A DNA stretch of 64,000 nt, taken from contig CAVTHO010000004.1 in NCBI GenBank assembly GCA_963734545.1, positions 64,001-128,000 of the forward strand, written 5' to 3'. Every line of letters starts with the position of its first letter. Position 1 is the stretch's first letter. Under the pieces are notes generated by a model. It worked only from the letters and a program-made list of their open reading frames with translations, did not search any database and was not told the DNA's origin. Source of the DNA: an uncultured Spirochaetota bacterium (lineage in GTDB: Bacteria > Spirochaetota > Spirochaetia > SZUA-6 > Fen-1364). Made by a program: the position numbers and the translations under genes. Below, piece by piece: positions 20,812 to 30,330 of this stretch.

Positions 20812-22143
20812 TCAGAACACCCGCGTCAGCGCGTCCACGGGCCTGATTTTTCCCCCGTGCCGGGCAGGGAAGAAAGAGAACAGCGCCGAGAAGGCGGCGA
20901 TCAACAGCACGATGCCCGCGATGTCTCCCACCCGCGGGATGAGCACCACGTGGCCTTTGTCCAGGAAGAGCGCCACGGCCCCCGTTGCCGGCAGCGGCAC
21001 CAGCGTAACAAGGATGCCCGCCACCGCGAGGGCAGCGGCCACGCCGATGAGGCTGAACAGAAGCGCGAGCAGGACATTCTCGATCATGAAAAGCGAGGTG
21101 ATCCCGGCCGAACCCACGCCGATGGTGCGCATCGTGCCGATCTCCCGCAGCCGCTCGTTGATGGTCATGCGGAGGTTGATGAAGATGGACACGGCGATGA
21201 TGAACAGCATGATGAGCGCGACGACGGCGCCGACGGCGTTCACCGCGGAGGAGATGATTTTCACGATGCTGACCGCCTCGTCGATGGTTGAGAGGGTGAG
21301 CCGGTTGGAGTCCGCCCCGGAGGCGTCCACCTTGTACGTCGGGGAGGCGGAGGTGACTGCGTCGATGGCCGCCGAGGCATCTGCGGGCTTGTTCACCTCG
21401 AAGCCGCGCCGCGCCAGCTCCGCCGAGAGCTGGCTGCGCTTCTGGTTCATTCCCGCGGGGTCAGGGAAGTACAGGTACAGCGTCGAAGAGGTGTCCTTCT
21501 CCCCCAGGTCGAGCTCCCGCGAGAAGGGCAGTGGACAGAGGACGAGACCCTGGGCGAAGAAGTTCACCGATTCGTAGATCGCCTTTACCTGCAGCGTGCC
21601 GGTGTTGAACGCTCCGAACCGCGTACGAGCCGCCACCACGATCTCGTCGTCCAGGGAGAGGCTGAAGTATTCCGCGACATCCTTCGGCAGGATCACGCCG
21701 TTGGAGGCGGAGGCGAAATCGTCCCAGCCGCCCTTCACGAAGCTCAGCTGTCCCTTCAAGGCGGAGTCCAGCGTGGTGTCGATGCCCGTGAAATCGATGC
21801 GTTTGGAACTGCCCTTGTAGTACAGCGCGGAGCGCACCACGTAGCGCGGGATGATCTTTACCTCCCCGCCGAAGACCTGCCGGACCGCCGCGGCGATCTC
21901 GGGAGTGCGCCGCACACCGAGAAACACACGGCCCGAAGCCGTGTACGAGCCGGAGATGGTGATGTGGCCCGCGGTGGACCGCACCAGGTTCGTGGTGATG
22001 TTCCTGATCGCCCCCTGGGAGAAGGAGAACAACAGCACGAGGATGAAGGTGACCACCGCGTAGTTGATGCCGAGGGTGAACGACCGCCTTTTCTGGCGGA
22101 AGACGTTTTTCAGGGCGACGGAGAAATAGAACCACACGGCCAT
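20812..22143 (-). CDS. FtsX/LolE-like ABC permease
   Basis: ALKNVFRQKRRSF, NERLREIGTMRTIG, PVDAL. Confidence 0.88.
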   Translation of the reverse strand: MAVWFYFSVALKNVFRQKRRSFTLGINYAVVTFILVLLFSFSQGAIRNITTNLVRSTAGHITISGSYTASGRVFLGVRRTPEIAAAVRQVFGGEVKIIPRYVVRSALYYKGSSKRIDFTGIDTTLDSALKGQLSFVKGGWDDFASASNGVILPKDVAEYFSLSLDDEIVVAARTRFGAFNTGTLQVKAIYESVNFFAQGLVLCPLPFSRELDLGEKDTSSTLYLYFPDPAGMNQKRSQLSAELARRGFEVNKPADASAAIDAVTSASPTYKVDASGADSNRLTLSTIDEAVSIVKIISSAVNAVGAVVALIMLFIIAVSIFINLRMTINERLREIGTMRTIGVGSAGITSLFMIENVLLALLFSLIGVAAALAVAGILVTLVPLPATGAVALFLDKGHVVLIPRVGDIAGIVLLIAAFSALFSFFPARHGGKIRPVDALTRVF

Positions 22144-22147
22144 GCTC

Positions 22148-23536
22148 CTATCGATCGTTCATCGCCGCCAGGGGAGTGATGCGCGTGGCAAGGCGTATGG
22201 GGAGGATCGTGGCGATCACCGAAACGGCCGCCACCACGACGAAAGCGGTCACGAACGGGCCCGGGCTCAGCACCAGGAGAAGGGATCCGCCGCCAATGAG
22301 ATACTGCGAAATCGAGTCCGGCAGCGGCAGGCCGGAGCGGGTGCCCATCACGAGCGCCAGTCCGACCGCCATGCCGACAAGGCAGGCGGCGAGGTTCAGG
22401 ATAAGTGTCTCGGCGAGAAAGATCCGCCGAATGAAGCTCTTTTCGCTCCCCAGCGCCCGCATTGTACCGATCTCCCCCGTGCGCTCGATGATGCTGATGA
22501 TGAGAGTGTTCATGAAGATGAAAGCCACGACCAGGAAGACCAGGCCCGTGGCGAACCAGATGAAGGCCTGCAGGGCAGAGGCGACCCGCGCGAAGAATCC
22601 CGAAGCCTCGTCCCAGGGCGACGTCTTCACGTCGAGGCCCTGCGCGGCGAGCCGTGCGCGGAGCGCGGGCGCCGTGGCGTCGTCCTTCAGCAGAACGGCG
22701 ACCATCGTGTAACCCGAGATTGATTCCGACTTCAGCTTCGAGGTGTCGATCGCGGCACCTGCGGGCCCCGCCAGCGCGAAGATGTCGTCCTCGCTCTGCT
22801 GCGCGGCGGCCAGCCCCTTTTCCAGCGCCTCGGGCAGCGATCCGCGGGCCACCCCCGTGAAGTTGTACACCTGCGAGTAGGAGGCCATGTCCATGAAGTT
22901 GATGTAGTTGAACACGTTCTTGTAATAGAGAGGCTCGAAGATCCCCCGTACCTTGGTAGGGAACGCGTTCACGCCCCCTCCGGCACTCAGCCCCAGGACC
23001 GTGACGTCCTGGCCCACGGCAAGACGCACGCCGTAGCGTTTTTCATAGTGGTCGTTCTGGTACTGGCTGATGAGGATCCCGCCGCCGCTGGTGAGGAAAT
23101 CGCCCTGCACCATCTTCACGTTGGTGAAGGCCTTCGCATACTCCACGGGCGGCACGGCGTAGAAGATGAACGGCACGTCCACCTTCGACCCTTTCAGGTC
23201 CAGTGAAAGCAGAGAGTAGTTCTGGGCGTAGGGAACGACGGTCCGCACCTCTGGCTGCGCCGACAGGTATGCCGTCAGCTTGTCCAGGTTCGGCACGACA
23301 GGCAGGGGTGTGTTGAAAGCGAACGGGGAGGGAATCTCCCGCGACTTTGCGGCGTAGACAATGAAGTCTCCCGTAAAGTTGCGGATGATCGAGTTCCGCG
23401 AGGCGATGCCCGCGGAGCGCGTGAGCGTGGTGCCGTACACCAGCAGGATTGTCCCGAAGGCCACGAGCACGGCGATGAGCGCCATGCGGCTCTTGCGGCG
23501 GGCCAGGGACCGGAGCGCGATCTTCACGGTGATCAT
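22148..23536 (-). CDS. FtsX/LolE-like ABC permease
   Basis: IALRSLARRKSR, ERTGEIGTMRALG, ITPLAAM. Confidence 0.88.
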   Translation of the reverse strand: MITVKIALRSLARRKSRMALIAVLVAFGTILLVYGTTLTRSAGIASRNSIIRNFTGDFIVYAAKSREIPSPFAFNTPLPVVPNLDKLTAYLSAQPEVRTVVPYAQNYSLLSLDLKGSKVDVPFIFYAVPPVEYAKAFTNVKMVQGDFLTSGGGILISQYQNDHYEKRYGVRLAVGQDVTVLGLSAGGGVNAFPTKVRGIFEPLYYKNVFNYINFMDMASYSQVYNFTGVARGSLPEALEKGLAAAQQSEDDIFALAGPAGAAIDTSKLKSESISGYTMVAVLLKDDATAPALRARLAAQGLDVKTSPWDEASGFFARVASALQAFIWFATGLVFLVVAFIFMNTLIISIIERTGEIGTMRALGSEKSFIRRIFLAETLILNLAACLVGMAVGLALVMGTRSGLPLPDSISQYLIGGGSLLLVLSPGPFVTAFVVVAAVSVIATILPIRLATRITPLAAMNDR

Positions 23537-23540
23537 CTCA

Positions 23541-24230
23541 CTACCCCCGGGACTCGACATCAGTGACCAGCCCGTCGCGGAGGTTCACCACCCGGCGGGC
23601 GTGCTCCATGATGTGAAGGTCGTGCGTTGAGAATATCAGGGTCGTCTTTTCCACCGCGTTGATCGTCTTCATCAGCTCGATGATCCTGTGCCCGGTGGCG
23701 CTGTCGAGGTTCGCCGTCGGCTCGTCGGCGAGGATGATGAGGGGGTTTGTCACGAGCGCCCGGGCTATTGCCACGCGCTGCCGCTGGCCTCCGGAGAGCT
23801 CGTTGGGCTTGTTCTTCAGCCTGTCGGAGAGCTCGACCTCTTCCACGAATCGCGTGACGATCTTCTCTCTCTCCTTGCGGGAGAGGTTCCGCCTGAGCAG
23901 GAGAGGGAATTCGATGTTTTCGTAGACATTCAGCACCGGAATCAGGTTGAAGGACTGGAAGATGAACCCGATCTTGTTGCGGCGGTAGCGCGTAAGCTCG
24001 GTGTCGCTGAGGTGTTCCACCTCGGTGCCGTCGATCAGCACCAGCCCGTCCGACGGGTTGTCGATGCAGCCGATCATGTTGAGGATCGTGCTCTTGCCCG
24101 AGCCCGATGGGCCCGCAATTGCCACGAACTCACCCTTCTCGATCTTCAGGGACACCCCGCGAAGGGCGTCCACCCGGGTGTCTCCCAGCATGTAGTGCTT
24201 CTTGACATCGACGATTTCCACAACGCTCAT
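23541..24230 (-). CDS. LolD/MacB-type ABC ATPase
   Basis: [32 protein letters not shown]. Confidence 0.93.
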   Translation of the reverse strand: MSVVEIVDVKKHYMLGDTRVDALRGVSLKIEKGEFVAIAGPSGSGKSTILNMIGCIDNPSDGLVLIDGTEVEHLSDTELTRYRRNKIGFIFQSFNLIPVLNVYENIEFPLLLRRNLSRKEREKIVTRFVEEVELSDRLKNKPNELSGGQRQRVAIARALVTNPLIILADEPTANLDSATGHRIIELMKTINAVEKTTLIFSTHDLHIMEHARRVVNLRDGLVTDVESRG

Positions 24231-24245
24231 TTCATAACCAACCTT

Positions 24246-24288
24246 ATCACGATATGTGTTATTATACACAAAATGTGATTGCCTTCAA
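24246..24288 (-). promoter_or_regulatory. sigma70 promoter flanked by CAC-N5-GTG palindromes
   Basis: TTGAAG(24288-83)-16-TATAAT(24266-61). CACGATATGTG at 24248 and CACAAAATGTG at 24267. Confidence 0.65.
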
Positions 24289-24308
24289 GTCGCTTCCGCA
24301 GGCTCCTG

Positions 24309-25220
24309 TCATTGCCGAACGAGCTTGTTCGCCGTCATGACCGCAGATTCCGCGTTGCGGCCGGTCCCGTCGGCTCCGATCTCTTCCCACAGGTCGCGCC
24401 TGGAGTGGAAGGCCTGACCTCCGGCGATCACACGGGTCGCCCTGAGGAAGTCCTTCTCCCTGACGGCGGCGATGAGATCCGCGGCCTCGACGACATTGCT
24501 CGCGGAAGTGACAGAAATGGCCAGGAGGTTCACGGGTCGTGCTGCAAGCACCTCCAGGAGGTGCCTGATCCCCAGGTTCCCGCCAAGGAATTGTACGCTC
24601 CAGCCATCGAGCCTCAGGAAATCCGAGACCATGCGCGGACCGATCAGGTGCGGCTCGCTGGAAACCGCCAGGACGCAGCAGGCAGCCTCGCCGGTTGGTT
24701 CGCGAGGCGCCCCCTCCAGCGAATAGACCCGGGACATGATGCGTTCGGTGGCCTGGCTGATCACGTGCTCTTCGCCCACGGAGAGCTCTCCGTGAGCCCA
24801 CAAACGGCCGACTTCCTTCAGCGCGGGCTCGAGGACCTCGAGGTACGTCCTTCGTATTCCCAGCGCGCCGCGGGAAAGACTCTCAACGAGCTGCGCTGCC
24901 CCATCGTTGTCGCCTTGGCGAACCAGGCCGAGGTACCGCGCGGCATCGCTTGACGCGGAAAGCGGCGGCTCCGGTATCTCTTCGTTTCGCGACGCCCAAT
25001 CCTGCGTCTTGCGCTTCACGTTGCTGCGCCCCATCAGGTAATCCAGCGATACGTCGAAGTACTCGGCAAGCCTGCCCAGCATCGACTCGTCGGGAAATCG
25101 CAGCTTGTTCTCGTAGTTCGCAATCGTGGTCTGGGCGGTGCCGAAGGCGTCAGCCAGGTCCTGCTGCCGGAGTCGCCGCTCTTTCCGCAACTCTCTCAGG
25201 CGCGTCGCGAAGTCAGACAT
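24309..25220 (-). CDS. XRE-HTH plus cobalamin-binding transcriptional regulator (CarH-like sensor module)
   Basis: RLRELRKERRLRQQDLA...IANYEN...FDVSLDYLMGRS (XRE). W-AHGELSVGE-EH (Wx9EH). EPHLIG (ExHxxG), then a Rossmann fold. Confidence 0.85.
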   Translation of the reverse strand: MSDFATRLRELRKERRLRQQDLADAFGTAQTTIANYENKLRFPDESMLGRLAEYFDVSLDYLMGRSNVKRKTQDWASRNEEIPEPPLSASSDAARYLGLVRQGDNDGAAQLVESLSRGALGIRRTYLEVLEPALKEVGRLWAHGELSVGEEHVISQATERIMSRVYSLEGAPREPTGEAACCVLAVSSEPHLIGPRMVSDFLRLDGWSVQFLGGNLGIRHLLEVLAARPVNLLAISVTSASNVVEAADLIAAVREKDFLRATRVIAGGQAFHSRRDLWEEIGADGTGRNAESAVMTANKLVRQ

Positions 25221-25419
25221 AATTCACCACGAATCGTATTCGCACTCCAAAATGATAGCACATCTCGTGCATTCCGGGCAATACGAAAAACTGCGGCCCC
25301 TCAGCCAGAGAGACCGTTTCTCTCGAACAGGTGTCTGACGGGCGCGTTCGCGTGCATATTTCCGCCGGGCACTCCCCGCGGCGTCCCACCGGCGGGGTCC
25401 CGCGGAGCCCTTGTACGGA

Positions 25420-26166
25420 TCAAAAACGGACGGTGATGCCCGCGGTGGCGTAGTGGAACAGCGCGAAGGTATAGACGTTCCCACCCTCACCGCCGGAGCC
25501 TCCTTCGAGCACCCGATACCCCAGGCGCAGGGCGACCGAATCCGAGAGACGACACTGCAGCGCTGCCAGAACGTCCTCCGCCCGGCCGAAGGGAGTGACG
25601 AGCGCATCCGCGTCAAGGAGGAGGCTCCAGGGCTTTGCAAAACTCCACTCCGCCATCAGGCTCACAAGGGGCACGACGCCGAGGTCGCTGCGGTGAGCAT
25701 AGCCGGCACCGCTCATGAGTGCGATGTCTGCGCTCCGCAGCTTGGCTGTGAGCCCTGCCGCAAGAACGAGGGAATCGTTCTTGACGAATGAGTAGCGGTA
25801 GGTCAACCGGAAGGAATCGAAGCGATAGCTCGACTCGAGCTTTGTGCCTGCGGCGAATGATTGCCCTTGAAAGCTCACCGCGTGATCCAGGACGCCGCTG
25901 CCACCGACCGTCAGCGGGGCAACAAGAAGCATTACCGTATGGCGTTCCGCGAAAGTGTAGCCGCCTCGGACTCTGAACGCGAATGCCGGTGCAGAGACGG
26001 TATCGGTGGCAAGGGAAATCCTGGTCCCGGTGTCGCTCGGTATGCGCACGTCATTGTACCCGGTGAATGCCGCGCCTGTTTCAACTTCCAGGAAACCGTC
26101 GGCATAGAGACCGATCGCCCCCAGCAGGAAAACGCAAAGAGATACTGCTCGGACAAATCCATTCAT
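25420..26166 (-). CDS. Putative outer-membrane beta-barrel protein
   Basis: Signal peptide, YNDVRIP..TGTRISL, YRFDSFRLTYRY, terminal F. Confidence 0.65.
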   Translation of the reverse strand: MNGFVRAVSLCVFLLGAIGLYADGFLEVETGAAFTGYNDVRIPSDTGTRISLATDTVSAPAFAFRVRGGYTFAERHTVMLLVAPLTVGGSGVLDHAVSFQGQSFAAGTKLESSYRFDSFRLTYRYSFVKNDSLVLAAGLTAKLRSADIALMSGAGYAHRSDLGVVPLVSLMAEWSFAKPWSLLLDADALVTPFGRAEDVLAALQCRLSDSVALRLGYRVLEGGSGGEGGNVYTFALFHYATAGITVRF

Positions 26167-26489
26167 AGTTGTGCTTCTTCTGTTGGGAGCCTGCCGCCCA
26201 TCAGGATGCGGTGGAGGCTCTAGACCTGTCTTGCTAGCCGCAAGTGGCAAAGAAAGCTTGCCGGCAAATTGAACTTCAATTTGTGCTAATATCATAATAT
26301 TCAACACAATTTGTAATATCAGGACCTCTGCCGCGAAAGTCAAGAACTATCGCAGGCCAGGATGGCGTCCCTGGCAAACATCTTCGACCCGGAGGCCTGA
26401 GTGCTCGTCCTTCCCCTGGCGCCCCCCGGCGCAGAGCGCCTTGAGGAAGTCCTTGTCTCAAACCGAATACCGGCGGCAGCGGGATGACG

Positions 26490-26553
26490 CCCTCAATCAG
26501 AGCCGGGATTGCCGCGCGCGCGTTTGCTTTCGTTTGATCCGGGGGAGCGAAGA
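26490..26553 (+). repeat. att-like junction J6
   Basis: CCGGGGGAGCGAAGA (26539-53) is identical to 16234-48. TCCGGGGGAGC matches the tRNA end. A terminator follows. Confidence 0.65.
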
Positions 26554-26555
26554 AG

Positions 26556-26589
26556 ACGGGTCCTGCCCAGAGGCGGGACCCGTTTTTTG
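26556..26589. terminator. Intrinsic terminator
   Basis: ACGGGTCC...GGACCCGT, then TTTTTG. Confidence 0.7.
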
Positions 26590-26624
26590 TCACAGGCCGG
26601 ACTCGAAACGAGTGAGTCCGGCCG

Positions 26625-27668
26625 TCAGGCGATCGCGCCCTTCTTCGACGCCCGGCGCTCGGCGCGGGTGGAGAAGAGCCGGTTGAACACGAGCACGAGG
26701 ATCAACACCCCACCCCAGATCACGTCCCGGTAGAAGTTGGAAATCTGGTTGAACATGTTGAGGCCGGACGAGAGGAATTGGAGGATCAGGATGGCGAGGG
26801 TGACGCCCGAGATCTTCCCGAAGCCGCCGTTCGCATCGATGCCCCCGAGCACGGCGATGAGCACGCACTGGAGCGTGTAAGGGGCACCGTACTCTGCCTT
26901 GGCCGAGTTGGCGCGTGCCATCATGATGAGGCCCGCGACTGAGGAGAGGAGCCCGGAGAGCAGGTAGGTGCGCCGCAGGATCGAGCCGGTGTTGACCCCC
27001 GCGTACCGGGCGGCCTTGGGGTTGGTCCCGTAGAGGTACATGTAGGTGCCGAAGCGAGCGCGCGAGAGCATGAGGCCGACGCCGAGGGCAATCACGACGA
27101 AGAGGATGAAAGAGAGGGGAATGAAGTCGAAGAGCTCCGTGTTGCCGAGCTTCGAGTACAGGAGGGGCAACCGGCTCTGGGGCCGGCCGCTCGTGATGCC
27201 GACCGCGATGCCCGTGTAGAGCTGCTGGGTCCCCAGGGTGGCGAGAATGGCGGGGATGTTGAATCGTGAGATCAGGAATCCCGCGAAGTAGCCGCAGGCG
27301 ACCCCCGTGGCCAGGGAGATGAGGACCGCGACGAGAATGTAAGGCAGGACCACTTGAGGCGGCGCGCCGGGGGGCACAACGCCAATAAGGAATTTCGCCG
27401 CGAGGATAGCTGAGAGATTAGCCGTGCCGACGACACCGAGGTCTATGCCCCCGGTGATCATCGTCAGGCTGATGCCGATCGCCATGATGCCGTACTCGGG
27501 GAACTGGCGCATCATCGAGCCGAAATTCGCGAGCGTAGGGAACTGCCCCGGCCGCAGCGCCGTCATCAGCGCGAAGACGACCAGGAGCATGACGAAGAGC
27601 CGCGCGAGGTTCTGGTCGCGGCTCCCGCGCGCCTTGAGGGCGGGGGCCGCCGCGTCGGTGGTCTTCAT
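26625..27668 (-). CDS. Monosaccharide ABC permease
   Basis: ITGGIDLGV, GTNPKAARYAGVN, AVLGG. Confidence 0.9.
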   Translation of the reverse strand: MKTTDAAAPALKARGSRDQNLARLFVMLLVVFALMTALRPGQFPTLANFGSMMRQFPEYGIMAIGISLTMITGGIDLGVVGTANLSAILAAKFLIGVVPPGAPPQVVLPYILVAVLISLATGVACGYFAGFLISRFNIPAILATLGTQQLYTGIAVGITSGRPQSRLPLLYSKLGNTELFDFIPLSFILFVVIALGVGLMLSRARFGTYMYLYGTNPKAARYAGVNTGSILRRTYLLSGLLSSVAGLIMMARANSAKAEYGAPYTLQCVLIAVLGGIDANGGFGKISGVTLAILILQFLSSGLNMFNQISNFYRDVIWGGVLILVLVFNRLFSTRAERRASKKGAIA

Positions 27669-28690
27669 GGCGCCTCCCCTGCACTCTCGGCGGGAATGCG
27701 CTCGCGCCGCCGCTTCGTGCCGATCTGGCGGGCGGTGACCCCCGTGCCGATGATGATGACCGCGCCGGTGAAGAAGCGGGCCCAGTAGGTCGGTATGCCG
27801 ATCAGGATGAGGCTGTTCGCGAGGACGATCATCAGCGCGATGCCGAGCGCGGTGCCCGTGAGGGTGCCGACGCCGCCCGTGACGCGAGTCCCGCCGAGCA
27901 CGACTGCCGCGATGACCGTGAGCTCCATCCCGAGGAAGGTCGAGGGATCGGCGTACGCCATCATCGAGATTCGGGAGACGCCCGTGATCCCGGCGAGTAC
28001 GCCGACCAGGCAGTAGAGGAACATCTTGATGGCGCGCACGTTGAAGCCCGCCCGCTCCGCTGCCGCCTCGTCACCGCCGATGGCGTAGATGCCGCGCCCG
28101 AGCATCGTGTAGCGCAGGAGGAGAAAGCCGAGGAAAAAGACGCCGACCAGGATGAGGACCTGGGAGGGCATGTTCGAGGAGAGGCCGAGCTGTGCGTTGA
28201 CGGCGGTGAAGAGCGTCTCCTTGCCGTGGGCGGCGATCGACGGGGGCACGTCGGAGGCGCTCGCCGCGAAGGCGCCGAACATGAGCCCCGTGTAGAGACT
28301 CGCCGTGCCGAGGGTCACCACGAGCGTCGGCAGCCTGAGGAAGGCGATCAGGAACCCGTTGAGCGCCCCCATGACGAGACCGAGGCCGGCCGACATGGCG
28401 TAGGGGAGAAGAACGCTTCCCCCGTACTGCGACGAGAGGAGGATGCGGTCCGTCACGTACATGGCGAGGGCCGCGACGGCCGTGAAGGAGACGTCGATAC
28501 CCCCCGACACGATGACCATCATGCAGCCGACGGAGAGGAGGCCGGGCACGATCAAGGCCCGCACGAGGTCCACGAGATTGTTGCCCGTGAAAAACTGTCC
28601 CGACCGGGCCTGGATCAAGAGGCCGAGGGCGATGATGGCCGCAAGGACCCAGGGTTCGGACCGTCCCAGCAGCCGGCGCGGATTGATCAC
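27665..28690 (-). CDS. Monosaccharide ABC permease
   Basis: SGGIDVSF, GRGIYAIGGDEAAAERAG, VIAAVVLGG. Confidence 0.9.
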   Translation of the reverse strand: MINPRRLLGRSEPWVLAAIIALGLLIQARSGQFFTGNNLVDLVRALIVPGLLSVGCMMVIVSGGIDVSFTAVAALAMYVTDRILLSSQYGGSVLLPYAMSAGLGLVMGALNGFLIAFLRLPTLVVTLGTASLYTGLMFGAFAASASDVPPSIAAHGKETLFTAVNAQLGLSSNMPSQVLILVGVFFLGFLLLRYTMLGRGIYAIGGDEAAAERAGFNVRAIKMFLYCLVGVLAGITGVSRISMMAYADPSTFLGMELTVIAAVVLGGTRVTGGVGTLTGTALGIALMIVLANSLILIGIPTYWARFFTGAVIIIGTGVTARQIGTKRRRERIPAESAGEAP

Positions 28691-28727
28691 CTTCGCGACC
28701 TCCCTTCTACGACCGCGCTTCCGCCCA

Positions 28728-28799
28728 TCCAACTCCGCGGACTACCGCGGAAGGGCTCGCGCGGTCTCTTCCAACTCCGCGGATTACCGCGGAAGGGCT
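28728..28799. repeat. Two 30-bp REP-like palindromic units
   Basis: TCCAACTCCGCGGA(C/T)TACCGCGGAAGGGCT at 28728 and 28770. Confidence 0.8.
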
Positions 28800-30294
28800 A
28801 CGCAACGCCGGTGGAAAGCTCGCCAAGCCTTGCTTCAGTCGTCGAGGCAGGGTCGAGCTCCTGGACGAATGCGCCGTCGCGCATCACGACGATCCGGCTC
28901 GTGCAGGCGAGCACCTCCGGCAGGTCGTCGGAGACGACGATGATAGCCAGGCCGGAAGCAGCGAGCCTGCGCATCAGGGCGTGGATATCGTACTTCGAGC
29001 CGATGTCGACCCCCATTGTGGGCCCGTTCAGTATGAGCACCTTGAGGTCGTTGGCCAGCCAGCGGGCCAGGACGACCTTCTGCTGGTTCCCGCCCGAAAG
29101 GGTCCGCACCGGGAGGGAGGAGTCCCGGGTCGCGATGGAAAGCTCGGAGACCCAGCGCGCCGTGGTCTCTGCCACGGACTTCCTCCTGAGGATGCCGAGC
29201 AGCCGGGTGGAAAGCCGCGCGAGCACCGCGACCACGATGTTGCGCTCTATGGTCTGGGGCTGGAAGAGGCCCTCGGTGAGGCGGTCGGAGGGCACGTACC
29301 CGATGCCCCGGCGGATCGCGGCCTTGACGCTGCCGATCCGCGCCGGCCGGCCCTGGATCTCGATCGTGCCCGCGTCGGGCTTCGCGATGCCGAAGAGGGT
29401 CTCGACGAGCTCCGTCCGCCCCGACCCGAGGAGGCCGGTGATGCCGAGGATCTCTCCGGGCGCGAGGTCAAAAGAGACGTCGGCGTAGCAGCCGCGCCGC
29501 GCGAGGCCTTTCACGGACAGCACGGGCTTCCCGACCGGGGCAGCGAGTCGATAGGACTCTTCTGTGAACTCCCGGCCGGTCATGTGGAAGGCGAAGGTCT
29601 TCCGGTCGAGGTCCCGCGTGCTGCCGGAGGCGGCGTTCTCCCCGTTCCTGAGGATCGTGTAGCGCTCGGAGATCTCGAAGACCTCGTCGAGCTTGTGGGA
29701 GACGAAGAGGATCGAGATCCCCCTGGCCTGGAGATTCTTGATGACGGCGAAGAGGGCCTTCACCTCCTTCTTGGTCAGGGCTGAGGTAGGCTCGTCCATG
29801 ATGATGAGCTTCGAGTTCTGCAGAAGGGCGCGGCAGATGGCGATGAGCTGGCGTTCCGCCACCGACAGGTTCTCGACGCGCTCGTCGAGGTCGATATCGA
29901 AGCCGATGAGAGAGACGGCATGGGCGGCGATCGACCGGGCCCTGCGGTAGTTCATCAGCTTGCGGCTGTCCATGAGCTCCATGTTGAGGGCGAGGTTCTC
30001 CATCACGCTCAGGTTGGGGAAGACGGAGAAATCCTGGTAGATGACCTGGACGCCGAGGGCGATTGCCTCCATCGGGGTGAGTCGGGAGAAGGAACGTCCG
30101 CCGATCTGAATGCTCCCCTCGTCCGGCTCGTGAACGCCGGAAATCACCTTGATGAGGGTGGACTTGCCCGAGCCGTTCTCGCCGGCGAGGCAATGAATCT
30201 CGCCCGCGCCGATCTCGAGGCTCACCCCCTTGAGCGCCTGTACCCCTCCGAAGGACTTGACGATCCCCTGAACCCTCAAAACCGAATCCGACAT
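28798..30294 (-). CDS. Sugar ABC ATP-binding protein (two ATPase domains)
   Basis: GENGSGKS, MDEPT, LSGGNQQKVVLARW. Confidence 0.93.
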   Translation of the reverse strand: MSDSVLRVQGIVKSFGGVQALKGVSLEIGAGEIHCLAGENGSGKSTLIKVISGVHEPDEGSIQIGGRSFSRLTPMEAIALGVQVIYQDFSVFPNLSVMENLALNMELMDSRKLMNYRRARSIAAHAVSLIGFDIDLDERVENLSVAERQLIAICRALLQNSKLIIMDEPTSALTKKEVKALFAVIKNLQARGISILFVSHKLDEVFEISERYTILRNGENAASGSTRDLDRKTFAFHMTGREFTEESYRLAAPVGKPVLSVKGLARRGCYADVSFDLAPGEILGITGLLGSGRTELVETLFGIAKPDAGTIEIQGRPARIGSVKAAIRRGIGYVPSDRLTEGLFQPQTIERNIVVAVLARLSTRLLGILRRKSVAETTARWVSELSIATRDSSLPVRTLSGGNQQKVVLARWLANDLKVLILNGPTMGVDIGSKYDIHALMRRLAASGLAIIVVSDDLPEVLACTSRIVVMRDGAFVQELDPASTTEARLGELSTGVA

Positions 30295-30330
30295 CAGGAG
30301 CCTCCGCGACTGCCGGACATTGCGGCCACG

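Larger units (their letters stand above)
6386..26553. mobile_element. tRNA-Asn-anchored genomic island made of tandem att-bounded cassettes; no intact integrase
   Basis: Six junctions share a core with the tRNA 3' end. Cargo is toxin-antitoxin and catabolic genes plus gene relics. Confidence 0.75.

Noticed and set aside
6386-26553. CRISPR array or classical integron
   Set aside because: The repeats are separated by gene-sized cassettes. No cas or intI genes and no clear attC R''/R' boxes were seen.
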